Positions 9,906 to 19,982 of a stretch of DNA of 64,000 nt are shown in pieces (within the stretch, counting starts at the first letter, position 1; the number at the start of each line of letters is the position of its first letter). The stretch lies in IMG/VR virus record IMGVR_UViG_3300027708_001828, one strand, 5' to 3'. The position numbers were made by a program, and so were the translations under genes. The stretch is from an uncultured virus (IMG/VR IMGVR_UViG_3300027708_001828). Its lineage: Duplodnaviria; Heunggongvirae; Uroviricota; Caudoviricetes. The notes under the pieces are model-generated. The model searched no databases. It was given only the letters and a program-made list of their open reading frames with translations, and was not told the DNA's origin.

Positions 9906-10989
9906 TAAACTCTCTAAGTTCTAAAAATTGATCTCTGCACTGGCTGACTTCTACTTCTGGAAATTTACCACATACCCTAGCGCACATTAGGATAGATTTG
10001 TCTTCAAATCTTTTGTTCCACATAGTTTGCCATGTTTCACTATCGACAATTTCTTGCATAGTATGGATTCGTAGATCCAGCCCATCTATCCCGCCAAACT
10101 CTGTAATTGCCGTCAACAGTGAAGCTGTACTGTCGTTCATAAAATTATACACTAACTTGTCCGGAGTGGCGTATTGATACGGCACACTGGCTAGGAAACA
10201 ACAAGGCCATAGGTGCCCTTGTGCATCTATGTATATACTGCGTTCATCTTCTACTTGACAACTGATAGTGGCAGTCTTGATAACTTCTCTATAGTTTTCT
10301 ACGGTCTTGCGATCAATAAAGGCGATCTTTTGCTCTCCAGGCGGCAATAGAGTATGCGTTACCGTGCCATCCTTACCAAATACTTTAAATTCTTTGCTAC
10401 CAATAAATCTACTAGTTTGCTTTTCGTGAAAACTTTCAAATCCCAAATCGTTAGCCATTTGTCTGCAAGTTTCTAATTGATGCTCGTTATGTTGGAATGT
10501 AATAAAGTTCCAACGTGCTCTTCCGCCTGCCTCGATAAATGCTTGAGCATTGCGTATGATCATATCAAAGTCTGTACCCACACGATATAAACTGTGTGTA
10601 TCTGCTAGTCCATCGATCCCAAACAATACCAAATGATTCTTTGGCAATACCTGAGCAAGCTCTTGCCACCACTTGACTGTCCTAGCACTGGCATTGGTAT
10701 GTATGTGAATGTCAATTTTGGGATTCTCTGCCACAGTGTATCTGAGCATGGGGATCAAATCATTGTTCATAATTGGATCACCAAAATTGCCACACATAGA
10801 GATACTACCTAATTGTGCTAGTAGACTAGGAATCATAGTATTCTTATAAAACTCTAAATCCATATTTCGTTCTATCAAATTTGGATTAGTCAATCCGCCG
10901 TGGTTATTCCTAGCACACATTGGGCATGATGCTTGGCATAGAGTTGATATCTCTAGGTGTATTTGACGAATCTCATTATATTTGTACAT
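9898..10989 (-). CDS. Radical SAM protein (SPASM-type)
   Basis: CQASCPMC, GNFGDP, HTNAS; C-terminal PCC...CARVC. Confidence 0.88.
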   Translation of the reverse strand: MYKYNEIRQIHLEISTLCQASCPMCARNNHGGLTNPNLIERNMDLEFYKNTMIPSLLAQLGSISMCGNFGDPIMNNDLIPMLRYTVAENPKIDIHIHTNASARTVKWWQELAQVLPKNHLVLFGIDGLADTHSLYRVGTDFDMIIRNAQAFIEAGGRARWNFITFQHNEHQLETCRQMANDLGFESFHEKQTSRFIGSKEFKVFGKDGTVTHTLLPPGEQKIAFIDRKTVENYREVIKTATISCQVEDERSIYIDAQGHLWPCCFLASVPYQYATPDKLVYNFMNDSTASLLTAITEFGGIDGLDLRIHTMQEIVDSETWQTMWNKRFEDKSILMCARVCGKFPEVEVSQCRDQFLELREFNE

Positions 10990-11013
10990 GTGTGCAGGGT
11001 GGTTAAATATACC

Positions 11014-12159
11014 ATGTATTTACAAAAACAAGATATTGCCTACTGCATTATAGACAACACTAATACTTACTCGTCAAATTGGGTTAAGTCATTAATGATC
11101 AACCAGGCCGACTATACTGTCACTAACATAGTGTCAAAAGGCTACAAGGTATTTTGGGAAACAAATGAAGACCGCGTGTTAAAACAAGTGGCAGATTTGG
11201 GATATAAACTTGCCATAGTGTTTAGCACAGGAACTGAATTTATCAATGGTGATGATTTCTTTGATCAAATACAAGTAAAAGCACTGGCTGACTTTTTCAT
11301 TGCAGGCCATGTACTAGACAGAGCCGATGCCTATTACGAACTGCATCACCAGTGCTACGCAATCAATTTAAAAATGTATGCAACATTGGGATATCCTACT
11401 ATTGGTAAATTTGAGCCCGGTAGACAACATACTGAATTCGAACCGTTGCGTAGTCAAGAAACATTCCATGATGCACACACTCCATTCTGGGTCAAACCTG
11501 GTACTAAAGAAAAATTGTATCAGCATTGCTGTCATGGCTGGAACATATTACGAACAGCATTTGAAAACAACTTGCCTGTAATAGTATTTGATACGCCTAT
11601 TAGAAATTCTAAGAAACATTTTTATCCAGAAAATTTACAAGAGTTTTACAAACATTTGCCCTGGGCATATAAGCGACAAGACTTTTGTCAAAATGAATTT
11701 ATACACACTGAAAGCACAGATACTGCTTTGCCCAAGTTGACAAATATTTTGCAAGTGTTTACTCCCGCAAGTGGCACAGCATGGACAGAAATAATTCATA
11801 AGACAGAACCTGTTAGTGTAGTATTTTATGACTACAGCGACAAAGCATTAGAATACTGGAAATCGCATGCTCCGCAGTTAGATAACGTTACATATTCATT
11901 TGCTAAAATAAATCTGTTACACGATGAGCTAGTGCTGTCTAGATATCTCGATACTAGCATCAAAGAAACATTTATTAATTTGACAAATGTATTTGCATAC
12001 GAAGGCACTGCTTTTTTTAATAGTTTAGGTTATAGGACCATTCGAGAAAAACAATTAATAGATAATATTAAACAAGTTTTACCTGATGCTGTTATCTATC
12101 AGTCAGTTACAGCTAGTACAGGATTTGACAACACTCCACCGTGGCATACATATGATTGA
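11014..12159 (+). CDS. Hypothetical protein
   Basis: Long ORF; ATG 11014 lies 4 nt after TAAATA (11004-11009). Confidence 0.6.
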   Translation: MYLQKQDIAYCIIDNTNTYSSNWVKSLMINQADYTVTNIVSKGYKVFWETNEDRVLKQVADLGYKLAIVFSTGTEFINGDDFFDQIQVKALADFFIAGHVLDRADAYYELHHQCYAINLKMYATLGYPTIGKFEPGRQHTEFEPLRSQETFHDAHTPFWVKPGTKEKLYQHCCHGWNILRTAFENNLPVIVFDTPIRNSKKHFYPENLQEFYKHLPWAYKRQDFCQNEFIHTESTDTALPKLTNILQVFTPASGTAWTEIIHKTEPVSVVFYDYSDKALEYWKSHAPQLDNVTYSFAKINLLHDELVLSRYLDTSIKETFINLTNVFAYEGTAFFNSLGYRTIREKQLIDNIKQVLPDAVIYQSVTASTGFDNTPPWHTYD

Positions 12160-12892
12160 TCAAGAAACATTAGACTTTTATAACCGCAACAAAAATCTCA
12201 TTTGGGAGTTGCCGCCTATTCCATATAATCTTACAACTGATTACGAAATAGCCTATTGGGCTATGCACAATCCTAAAATAGGATGGATTGAACTAGATTT
12301 AAATTTAGACTTACCGGCCTGGAAAGCAGACTGTCGAGTAGCCAATGACTATTTTGTAGATCATCGAGGTCTAGATCACCCCGGATGGAATAGCTGTTGC
12401 ATACACGGGATAGATGTAGATAAAACAGGTAGCTACGATACATACGGTTATACTGATGAATCGCAAGTAAATTATCACTGGACAGAACTAGCAGACAAAG
12501 TGCCAACTATTGCAAATTTCTGGCGCAACTTTCCAGTAGAGCAATATCGTAGAATACGCTTTATGGAGTTAGAGCCTAGAGGATATATTGCGCCACACAG
12601 TGACAACCCAGGCAACGTTGATGCACTAGAGCACGGCGCACCCTTAAACATAGCAGTTATTCACCCTAGTAATTGTCACATGGTTTTGGAAGGATTTGGA
12701 ACTGTTCCTTGGGCAGAAGGGAAAGCGTTTATTGTTAATATTAGAAATCGTCATAGCGTGATAAATTTTAGCAATCAGCAACGTATACACGTTATAGGGC
12801 ATGGAAAATACGGTAGTAGGCTAGCTGATTTTTGCAGTCTAGTAGCAAATAATTACAAGAAAAACTTTGATAAATACCATGATAGGAGTTGA
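12152..12892 (+). CDS. Aspartyl/asparaginyl beta-hydroxylase family 2OG-Fe(II) oxygenase
   Basis: RIRFMELEPRGYIAPHSD ... HSVINFS..RIH. Confidence 0.8.
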   Translation: MIDQETLDFYNRNKNLIWELPPIPYNLTTDYEIAYWAMHNPKIGWIELDLNLDLPAWKADCRVANDYFVDHRGLDHPGWNSCCIHGIDVDKTGSYDTYGYTDESQVNYHWTELADKVPTIANFWRNFPVEQYRRIRFMELEPRGYIAPHSDNPGNVDALEHGAPLNIAVIHPSNCHMVLEGFGTVPWAEGKAFIVNIRNRHSVINFSNQQRIHVIGHGKYGSRLADFCSLVANNYKKNFDKYHDRS

Positions 12893-12894
12893 AC

Positions 12895-13587
12895 ATGACA
12901 ACATTTACTGAAACAGATATTAAAAAAGCTATTATAAAAAGCCAGCATTGCCAGCGTAATTGGGATTTAACTAAAGAAATTCCCGAAGAACATTTAGAGT
13001 TACTAAAGACCTCAGTTACACAAGCCCCAAGTTTGCAGAATGTAGCATTTTATAGAGTACACTGGATTCAGGATCGTGAAACTATTGAGAAAGTTCACGC
13101 TTGTACACACGGTGCTCCTTACAAAAATACCGAGAAGGGCAAAATGGTTGATCCACATCCTAGAGAAGATGATCATCTTTACGAAATGGGAGATACTACC
13201 CAACCACAGACACTTGCTAATTTAGTAGTAGTGTTTGAAAAATATTTCAACCCAGAAGAATATTTTAAAGAAAAAAGAATCTTTAATACATCGTATGGCA
13301 GAACAGTAGAACATGGCGGAGAAGACTTTGATACAGTAACAGCACTAGGAATCGCATCTGGATACCTTAATTTAGTTTCTAGTTTATTGGGATATAAAAC
13401 AGGATGCTGTATTAGCTTTAAACATTCTGAATTAAAAGAAGCATTAAACTTAGAAGGTGAACCATTACTTATTATGGGTGTAGGATTTAAAGATCCCGAA
13501 GTAAATCGTCGCTTACATCAAACTGACCACGATATAGTGTTCCCAACAAACCCAAGGCAAGAGGTTCCGGTTGTTGAGTACAAATAA
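12895..13587 (+). CDS. Nitroreductase-family flavoprotein
   Basis: SQHCQRNWD, QAPSLQN, LGYKTGCC; GGAG RBS. Confidence 0.75.
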   Translation: MTTFTETDIKKAIIKSQHCQRNWDLTKEIPEEHLELLKTSVTQAPSLQNVAFYRVHWIQDRETIEKVHACTHGAPYKNTEKGKMVDPHPREDDHLYEMGDTTQPQTLANLVVVFEKYFNPEEYFKEKRIFNTSYGRTVEHGGEDFDTVTALGIASGYLNLVSSLLGYKTGCCISFKHSELKEALNLEGEPLLIMGVGFKDPEVNRRLHQTDHDIVFPTNPRQEVPVVEYK

Positions 13588-14155
13588 GTCTTATCACTCT
13601 CTAAATTTAAAAAACTGGGATAAGATAAAACAAAGATACTCGTCATACATTGCAGACGACATAACCGGTCAAGAGCTCATTATTTTTCAACAAGGTAATG
13701 AGGAACTTGACTGGTTAGAAGACAACATACTAGAAGATATCTGTAACTACACAGGTAAAGAACATAAAATAAAATTTGCCGCGCTTGGCGGCCTATGTGC
13801 TAACAATACTCTCAAAGAGCATATAGATGGTTTTTACCCTCCTCGACTAGGTTCGTCAAAATGGTCATTAAACATACCAATTAAAAATTACGACAATTTT
13901 GAAATGCTCTGGTATGATGGTGACTATGAACATCAAGAAAGAACAGACCCCCCTGATTTAACTTCACCGTTAAAAGCAGATGAAATGCAGGTTATTAGGC
14001 CAAAATGGATTGGTGCCAAAAATCTTAAAGATTCCAGACTCATTAAAGGACCAACGATTGTCCAAATAAATATCCCACACGTAGTACACAACTATAGCGA
14101 TAGCACAAGGGTAGTACTTGCTGTAAGGTTTACACCCGACGTAGAAATAAAATGA
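13571..14155 (+). CDS. 2OG-Fe(II) oxygenase-like protein
   Basis: EHIDG ... SLNIPI ... PHVVHN...RVVLAVRF. Confidence 0.65.
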   Translation: MLSTNKSYHSLNLKNWDKIKQRYSSYIADDITGQELIIFQQGNEELDWLEDNILEDICNYTGKEHKIKFAALGGLCANNTLKEHIDGFYPPRLGSSKWSLNIPIKNYDNFEMLWYDGDYEHQERTDPPDLTSPLKADEMQVIRPKWIGAKNLKDSRLIKGPTIVQINIPHVVHNYSDSTRVVLAVRFTPDVEIK

Positions 14156-14916
14156 AAACACTTTGGATATTTGGAGATTCTTTTAGCACTAGTAGAGACC
14201 CTGACGAACATGTTGCTTGGTCTAATCTTCTTTCCAACAAATTAAACGCACAAGTTAAAATCATAGCCGAAGGTGGTAGCTCTATTGGATGGTTAATGTA
14301 TCAATCATTTTTAATGAAAGATCAATTTAAAAAAGATGATTATGTTATCTTTCAAACGTCGACGCTAGTTAGAGCGTTCCTTAATAAAAATAAACCAGGA
14401 ATGACAGAGTTTTGGAAAGATTGTCCTTATTGGAACTCCTTGAGCAAAAGAGAAAAAGACGGGTATGCCTTTCATGTGACAAATATTCACGATGAAGAAA
14501 TATTGCAACAACAAATACAGCTCTGGATATGGGGGATGGCACACTACACCTCTCATTTAATTACTAAGCCTGTATTATCTAGAGGATGGGATATTGGCCC
14601 GTTAGAAGTGCCGGAAGACTGGACATTAAGCCAAGGATTCTTATTAGATGCTAGCCTTGACGAATTTGATAAATCAAGAGATGAAAGCATAGACTGGATG
14701 TTGCGTGTAGGAGGTGATCCAAGGAACAATCACCTTAGCGAGGTCAATCATTACATACTTGCAGAAATGTATTATGATGCGCTGGTAAACAACTCTGTTC
14801 CAGATTTTAAAAAATTAAAAACAAAACTGTACAAGACATATTCTGAATTAGGAAATGAAAATCAAATACGTAATGATATAGAAGATGAAAGTTTTGGTAA
14901 ACGTTGGATAGCATGA
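14152..14916 (+). CDS. SGNH/GDSL-like protein
   Basis: IFGDSFS block I and NNHLS block V. Confidence 0.55.
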   Translation: MKTLWIFGDSFSTSRDPDEHVAWSNLLSNKLNAQVKIIAEGGSSIGWLMYQSFLMKDQFKKDDYVIFQTSTLVRAFLNKNKPGMTEFWKDCPYWNSLSKREKDGYAFHVTNIHDEEILQQQIQLWIWGMAHYTSHLITKPVLSRGWDIGPLEVPEDWTLSQGFLLDASLDEFDKSRDESIDWMLRVGGDPRNNHLSEVNHYILAEMYYDALVNNSVPDFKKLKTKLYKTYSELGNENQIRNDIEDESFGKRWIA

Positions 14917-15620
14917 TAAAATACATTGGAAATTTTAAAGACTGGATCAAACCCGAGTGGATTGAGGAAGTCATGTCCAAACCGGGGTTTGATATGCCTA
15001 AACACGGTCTTAGAAATGAAGCAAGATTTAATCCAATACTATTTGACTACCTAGGCGGAGATGTAACTCGAGTACACACTAAAGAAGAATACTTGCAATT
15101 TGTCAAAGAACTGTCAGAGATGGATGAAATTGATCCTGTTGTAAAACATGCTAGAACACACGTTGCATATTTAGATCCAGACTTTCCAGTCGATGATGAA
15201 TATAACATGTATAGAAATTCAGGATACGACATATGGGGTGTGTATTTTAGATTGCTAGAAAAATTTGATGTTAGTTTTGATATACTAAAAGATCCACCAC
15301 CATTCTTAGATTATAAAGACAAACACATAACATGGTGGTTTAGTAAAATGAATCCTGGACAACGTATGCCAGTCCACGTTGATAGAGCTAAGCCGGAAAT
15401 AGAGATACACAAGTACTGGATGCCGTGGACCGATTACCAGCCCGGGCATATTTTTACCATAGGTGATAAAGTTATAACTGACTACAAACAAGGTGATGTA
15501 TATGAATTTGACTATGCTGGCGAATGGCATGGAGCATGCAACATAGGTCATACACCGAGAGTTGTGTTACAAATAACTGACTACAAACCATCGAGAAATA
15601 TAAATGAAACTTCTAGCTAA
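14913..15620 (+). CDS. 2OG-Fe(II) oxygenase, paralog array member 1
   Basis: YIGNFKDWIKPEW; MPVHVD; GHIF; WHGACNIG..PRVVLQ. Confidence 0.7.
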   Translation: MIKYIGNFKDWIKPEWIEEVMSKPGFDMPKHGLRNEARFNPILFDYLGGDVTRVHTKEEYLQFVKELSEMDEIDPVVKHARTHVAYLDPDFPVDDEYNMYRNSGYDIWGVYFRLLEKFDVSFDILKDPPPFLDYKDKHITWWFSKMNPGQRMPVHVDRAKPEIEIHKYWMPWTDYQPGHIFTIGDKVITDYKQGDVYEFDYAGEWHGACNIGHTPRVVLQITDYKPSRNINETSS

Positions 15621-16143
15621 TTATAAAGATTGGATTAAGCCTAAGTGGGTTGAGGAAGCCCTTGCATTAGATGGCTATAAAGTCCCACACGATTTTTTTA
15701 AAGATAATAAACTTACGCTTGAAGAACAAGCAGGATTGCGAGAAGCAATGGATCCTTCAGAACGTGAGATATATGATGTGTACGGTACTGATGGAGTGTT
15801 TTTTCATTTGCTTGAAAGCAGTTTGTTTAGCTTCGAAGTTGATCAACCACCATGGATTGCGCCCAGTGAAACATTCTGTTGGGAAGTAATAAAAATGCAC
15901 ACTGGAGAATTTATTCCAGTACACAGAGATATACTAAAACATCAAGATCCTAACTCAAAAAGATTTTGGGTTCCAATGCTAGATTGGAAGGAAGGACATA
16001 TTTTTATGTACGAAGACCTTTATGTACATAACTATAAAGCAGGTGATGTGTTTTTGTATGACGACCCTCGAGCATTACACAGCGCAATTAATATTGGAGC
16101 AGATATTAGGTTAATTATGCAAGTAACAACTTACAAGGAATGA
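15604..16143 (+). CDS. 2OG-Fe(II) oxygenase, paralog array member 2
   Basis: NYKDWIKPKW; IPVHRD; GHIF; LHSAINIG. Confidence 0.7.
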   Translation: MKLLANYKDWIKPKWVEEALALDGYKVPHDFFKDNKLTLEEQAGLREAMDPSEREIYDVYGTDGVFFHLLESSLFSFEVDQPPWIAPSETFCWEVIKMHTGEFIPVHRDILKHQDPNSKRFWVPMLDWKEGHIFMYEDLYVHNYKAGDVFLYDDPRALHSAINIGADIRLIMQVTTYKE

Positions 16144-16664
16144 TCATGGAGTATGTGGGAAATTTAAAAGACTTGATAGATACAAGTTGGGTGGAACCTT
16201 TATTAAAAGAAGTGTTAGGTAAGACTGGAATCTTAAGACCTAAAGAGGGAGGTAAACCTGACGGAGCAGAAGGCAATGCAGAATGGCAGAAAGCTATTGA
16301 TGCTGGGTACAGTCCCGATGCTGTGTATTTCCAAATGTTTAATCAATCTAATCTAACTACAGAAATACCCGAGTTTCATACTTGCGGAAGAGCAAGGCAC
16401 TGGTGGATTACAAAAATGATGCCAGGGGATTTTATGCCCATGCACATTGACCCGCATACTAAACAAGAAAAAAATGTAGATCGTTTTTGGATTCCATTAC
16501 AAGATTGGGAACAAGGACATATTTTTATGTACGAGGACGATGTTGTGACTAACTATAAAGCAGGTGACGTTTACAAGTATTCGTCTGCACAAGCATTACA
16601 TGGTGCGGCAAACATAGGACTAGTTCCTAGATTAGTTTTGCAAGTAACCCTTTACGAGGAATAA
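16140..16664 (+). CDS. 2OG-Fe(II) oxygenase, paralog array member 3
   Basis: YVGNLKD; MPMHID; GHIF; LHGAANIG..PRLVLQ. Confidence 0.7.
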   Translation: MIMEYVGNLKDLIDTSWVEPLLKEVLGKTGILRPKEGGKPDGAEGNAEWQKAIDAGYSPDAVYFQMFNQSNLTTEIPEFHTCGRARHWWITKMMPGDFMPMHIDPHTKQEKNVDRFWIPLQDWEQGHIFMYEDDVVTNYKAGDVYKYSSAQALHGAANIGLVPRLVLQVTLYEE

Positions 16665-16666
16665 AA

Positions 16667-17221
16667 ATGGAATTTATAGGAAACTACAAAGAATGGTTGA
16701 AGCCAGAGTGGGTTGAATATGTTCTAAATAATGATGGCTATGAAATGCCTAAATGGGAGTTTGAACAGAACGGAATACTTGAAGCCATCGAGCGAGGTGA
16801 TCGCGCAGAGTTTTGTGAGTTTCAAAAGAAGTATGAAGAAGTAGGATTCAAACACAATTCTCTACTTTACTATTTGTTTGAGGAAGATAATTTTCCGTTT
16901 GAAGTGCCCTTGCCCCCTTTTATAAATTTAAAAGAAGGGCAAGGATATTATTGGAATTTATTTAAATACAAACCAGGAAACTTACTACCAGTGCATAGTG
17001 ACCGAGTAACTAAGTTTGAAAAAAATTGTAAACGTTACTGGATGAGTTGGCTTGACTGGCAGGACGGCCATATTTTAATTTACGAAAATCAAATGATTGC
17101 ACCGTATAAGGCTGCTGATACTTACATCTTTACTAATCCATTCGGAACACACGGCGCCGCTAACATTGGCTTAACACCAAGAATATCATTTCAGATTACT
17201 ATCTACGATGAGCAACATTAA
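16667..17221 (+). CDS. 2OG-Fe(II) oxygenase, paralog array member 4
   Basis: FIGNYKEWLKPEW; LPVHSD; GHIL; THGAANIG..PRISFQ. Confidence 0.7.
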   Translation: MEFIGNYKEWLKPEWVEYVLNNDGYEMPKWEFEQNGILEAIERGDRAEFCEFQKKYEEVGFKHNSLLYYLFEEDNFPFEVPLPPFINLKEGQGYYWNLFKYKPGNLLPVHSDRVTKFEKNCKRYWMSWLDWQDGHILIYENQMIAPYKAADTYIFTNPFGTHGAANIGLTPRISFQITIYDEQH

Positions 17222-17999
17222 AAGAATAGTAGCGTTTGGATGCAGTTACACTGCCGGAGAAGAGTTGTTATACCATCAACTTGGAGACCTCGACGAATAT
17301 AGAAAAAGTACATCACACAATCCCCGATTATTTTTTCAAAAACTATCAAAGGATCCTGTTGCACAAGAAACTTTGAAAACCATACGATCTGATCAATTGA
17401 AATTAGCATGGCCGGCAAAACTTGCCGCATTATTGAATATTGACTATGTCAACTTTGCAGAAGCTGGCAACAGTATGGATAAAATACTATGGCAAGTAGA
17501 ACAGAAGAAATTAGAAAAATTCTTCCAACTCGGAGATGTAATATTTGTAGGTGCCACTAATCCTGATAGGAATATATTCTTTAAGGACACTGGTCCTATG
17601 TCGTTTCAATTACCATCATTACATTGGGCGTCTGAAGAATCGCTAATAGGTGTTGATAGTGTCGGCAACATCGATGTTGTTATAAGCAAAAATGCAGATA
17701 AAGAGTTACTCAACTGGTTTACTGATGATCGAATTGTTTGGGATTATCTTAAATCGTTAAGGTCGTTAGCATCTCTGGGTGCTGCCATTGTAAATGCTAT
17801 GTCGTGCGATATAAATTTAAATGTGCAATCATATAATGTTGAACTATTTAAAAACATAAAAGATAGCATACAATATCTTCAAAGTAATGATATGGATTCG
17901 TTCGCAGGAAAAGATGATTACTTGGCATGGGGTCACCCTAATGAGCAAGTGCATCAACGATTTGCGGAAAGCATATATGAAATACTGCGGAAATTATAA
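17208..17999 (+). CDS. SGNH/GDSL-like protein
   Basis: VAFGCSYT block I and WGHPN block V. Confidence 0.55.
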   Translation: MSNIKRIVAFGCSYTAGEELLYHQLGDLDEYRKSTSHNPRLFFQKLSKDPVAQETLKTIRSDQLKLAWPAKLAALLNIDYVNFAEAGNSMDKILWQVEQKKLEKFFQLGDVIFVGATNPDRNIFFKDTGPMSFQLPSLHWASEESLIGVDSVGNIDVVISKNADKELLNWFTDDRIVWDYLKSLRSLASLGAAIVNAMSCDINLNVQSYNVELFKNIKDSIQYLQSNDMDSFAGKDDYLAWGHPNEQVHQRFAESIYEILRKL

Positions 18000-18531
18000 A
18001 CACTTAATCAATCCAGAATGGATAGAGTTATTGTTATCAACAAAAGGTATCCCTATCAGCCCTTGGAAAGATCATAAAGTAGACGAGGTTAAAGAAGAAA
18101 TTGATTTTGATCAATTGTTGACATCTACACAAGATGAACGAGATTTGTTTGTGACTGGACCGTATGGGGAAAGTCTCATCATGGCTGAGATGTTCACTGA
18201 AGAGAATATACCGTTTGTACTAGATTTCAAAGAAGTTCAACATCTATTTGCAGGTGACTGGTGGATCATAAAACAACTGCCAGGGCAGTATATGCCGATA
18301 CATAGAGATACTGCATTATTCTACCAAGAAAATAATAGAATATGGATGCCGCTTATAGACTATCAACAAGGTCACATTTTTATTCATGAAGGTAATTTTA
18401 TAAAAGATTACAAGGCCGGTGACATGTTTAAATATTTCAAAGATAACGATTTGCATGGTAGTATAAATTTAAGCTCGACCCCCAGAATTGTTTTGCAAAT
18501 AAGCCAGAAACCTATACCATATGATCGTTAA
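17977..18531 (+). CDS. 2OG-Fe(II) oxygenase, paralog array member 5
   Basis: YCGNYKHLINPEW; MPIHRD; GHIF; LHGSINL..PRIVLQ. Confidence 0.7.
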   Translation: MKYCGNYKHLINPEWIELLLSTKGIPISPWKDHKVDEVKEEIDFDQLLTSTQDERDLFVTGPYGESLIMAEMFTEENIPFVLDFKEVQHLFAGDWWIIKQLPGQYMPIHRDTALFYQENNRIWMPLIDYQQGHIFIHEGNFIKDYKAGDMFKYFKDNDLHGSINLSSTPRIVLQISQKPIPYDR

Positions 18532-19030
18532 TAATTTAAAAGTTGCTATAACAGGGCATACCGGAGAGGTAGGTTCTGCGTTATCTAAAGTGTTTACCGA
18601 TGCTGGACATAGTATAGTCGGCATATCAAGATCTACTGGGTTTGATTTAAACAACAATGAAAACTACAAAGATATTATTTCCACAATTGATCAATGCGAT
18701 GTGTTTATCAATTGTTGTCAAATAGGTCAAGATGCACTACTACGGAATGTTTGGAATTTATGGCAGGGCTGTGAATACAAACGGATTATCAACATCAGTG
18801 CAATCAGCGCATCTGACCCTGCTGAGAATAAAGAGTATTATCAAAATAAAAGAAACTTAGAATCAACGTTCTGGGAATTACTTAAAATAAATCAGTTCCC
18901 ACCTATGACTATCGTTAGAGCAGGCCTAAGAGAACATGACCCTAGTTACGATAACTGGGCAAAGTTCTTAATGAAATTGCTAAATGAACCTGAATATCAT
19001 TTTTTAGAAGTGAGTTATTTTAAATTATGA
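18521..19030 (+). CDS. Short-chain dehydrogenase/reductase (Rossmann fold)
   Basis: AITGHTGEVG, DVFINC, IINIS, YxxxK (YYQNK). Confidence 0.75.
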   Translation: MIVNNLKVAITGHTGEVGSALSKVFTDAGHSIVGISRSTGFDLNNNENYKDIISTIDQCDVFINCCQIGQDALLRNVWNLWQGCEYKRIINISAISASDPAENKEYYQNKRNLESTFWELLKINQFPPMTIVRAGLREHDPSYDNWAKFLMKLLNEPEYHFLEVSYFKL

Positions 19031-19812
19031 TTACTAATTTAAAACTTATACTCGAAAATAAATGTGCAACATTTGAAAGTTGGACCAATACGTTTGACAA
19101 TTTTATAAACCATCAACCGAGAGATTCCGATAGTGTACTAGAAAAATATAAAAATTCTCCTGATTTCTGTACTTGGGAAATAGACGAAGACATTACAACT
19201 ATTAGCTATCGTTATGTACATAGATTATGCAGTAATGGGGACATGCATTGTTTACAATCATACACTGAAGAAAAATATCAATCGTTAATAAATTACAAAA
19301 CATTAGGTCTAGAACTTCCTATTTTAGAAATAATGTCTGTTGAGAATGATTTGTTGTATACAAAATTTACCAGCCCCACTGGGGACTTAGGATATCCACC
19401 ACCCTATGTGTTATTGAACATAATGTATAACAGCAGTAATGTTATAGAGGAATTCCGTAACTATATTACTGTTATAATTGATAATTATATAGAATTAACT
19501 AAGAAATGTATACAACACAATATACCATTTTTTAGCCCGGCTCGGACTATGACTAGCCATTACTTTGATAATATGTTTTATTTTAAAGATACTGTATTCT
19601 TTTCTAGCAACAAAGAGCTAACGGTTGAAGATATAGCAGATATCATTAGTAGTAACATTGACGGGTTTAGAAGAGCAAAAGGAATAATATCAGCATATCA
19701 AGGCAGAGCTGATTCACATCCGGATACTGTTGATTTGATTTATAAAGAAATAGAAAATCTAAAAAGTTATGCGAGGACGCAATGTCTAAATTTAAAGAAT
19801 GTAACTCTGTAA
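19027..19812 (+). CDS. Hypothetical protein
   Basis: 261-aa ORF translationally coupled to both neighbours. Confidence 0.6.
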   Translation: MITNLKLILENKCATFESWTNTFDNFINHQPRDSDSVLEKYKNSPDFCTWEIDEDITTISYRYVHRLCSNGDMHCLQSYTEEKYQSLINYKTLGLELPILEIMSVENDLLYTKFTSPTGDLGYPPPYVLLNIMYNSSNVIEEFRNYITVIIDNYIELTKKCIQHNIPFFSPARTMTSHYFDNMFYFKDTVFFSSNKELTVEDIADIISSNIDGFRRAKGIISAYQGRADSHPDTVDLIYKEIENLKSYARTQCLNLKNVTL

Positions 19813-19982
19813 TAGCACACTACAAACACAATAAAAAATACATAGAGCTTGTTACTAGCCTATATGTATTTTCTGAAGCACAATCTACAGGGTCACCTAC
19901 CCATTACGATGCAACTACTTGGCAATGGGGTGACAAAACTATTTTAATTCAAGAAGTAGGAATTCATCCTGAGATTGAATAA
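19782..19982 (+). CDS. Small hypothetical protein
   Basis: 66-aa ORF filling the gap at the end of the operon. Confidence 0.45.
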   Translation: MSKFKECNSVIAHYKHNKKYIELVTSLYVFSEAQSTGSPTHYDATTWQWGDKTILIQEVGIHPEIE

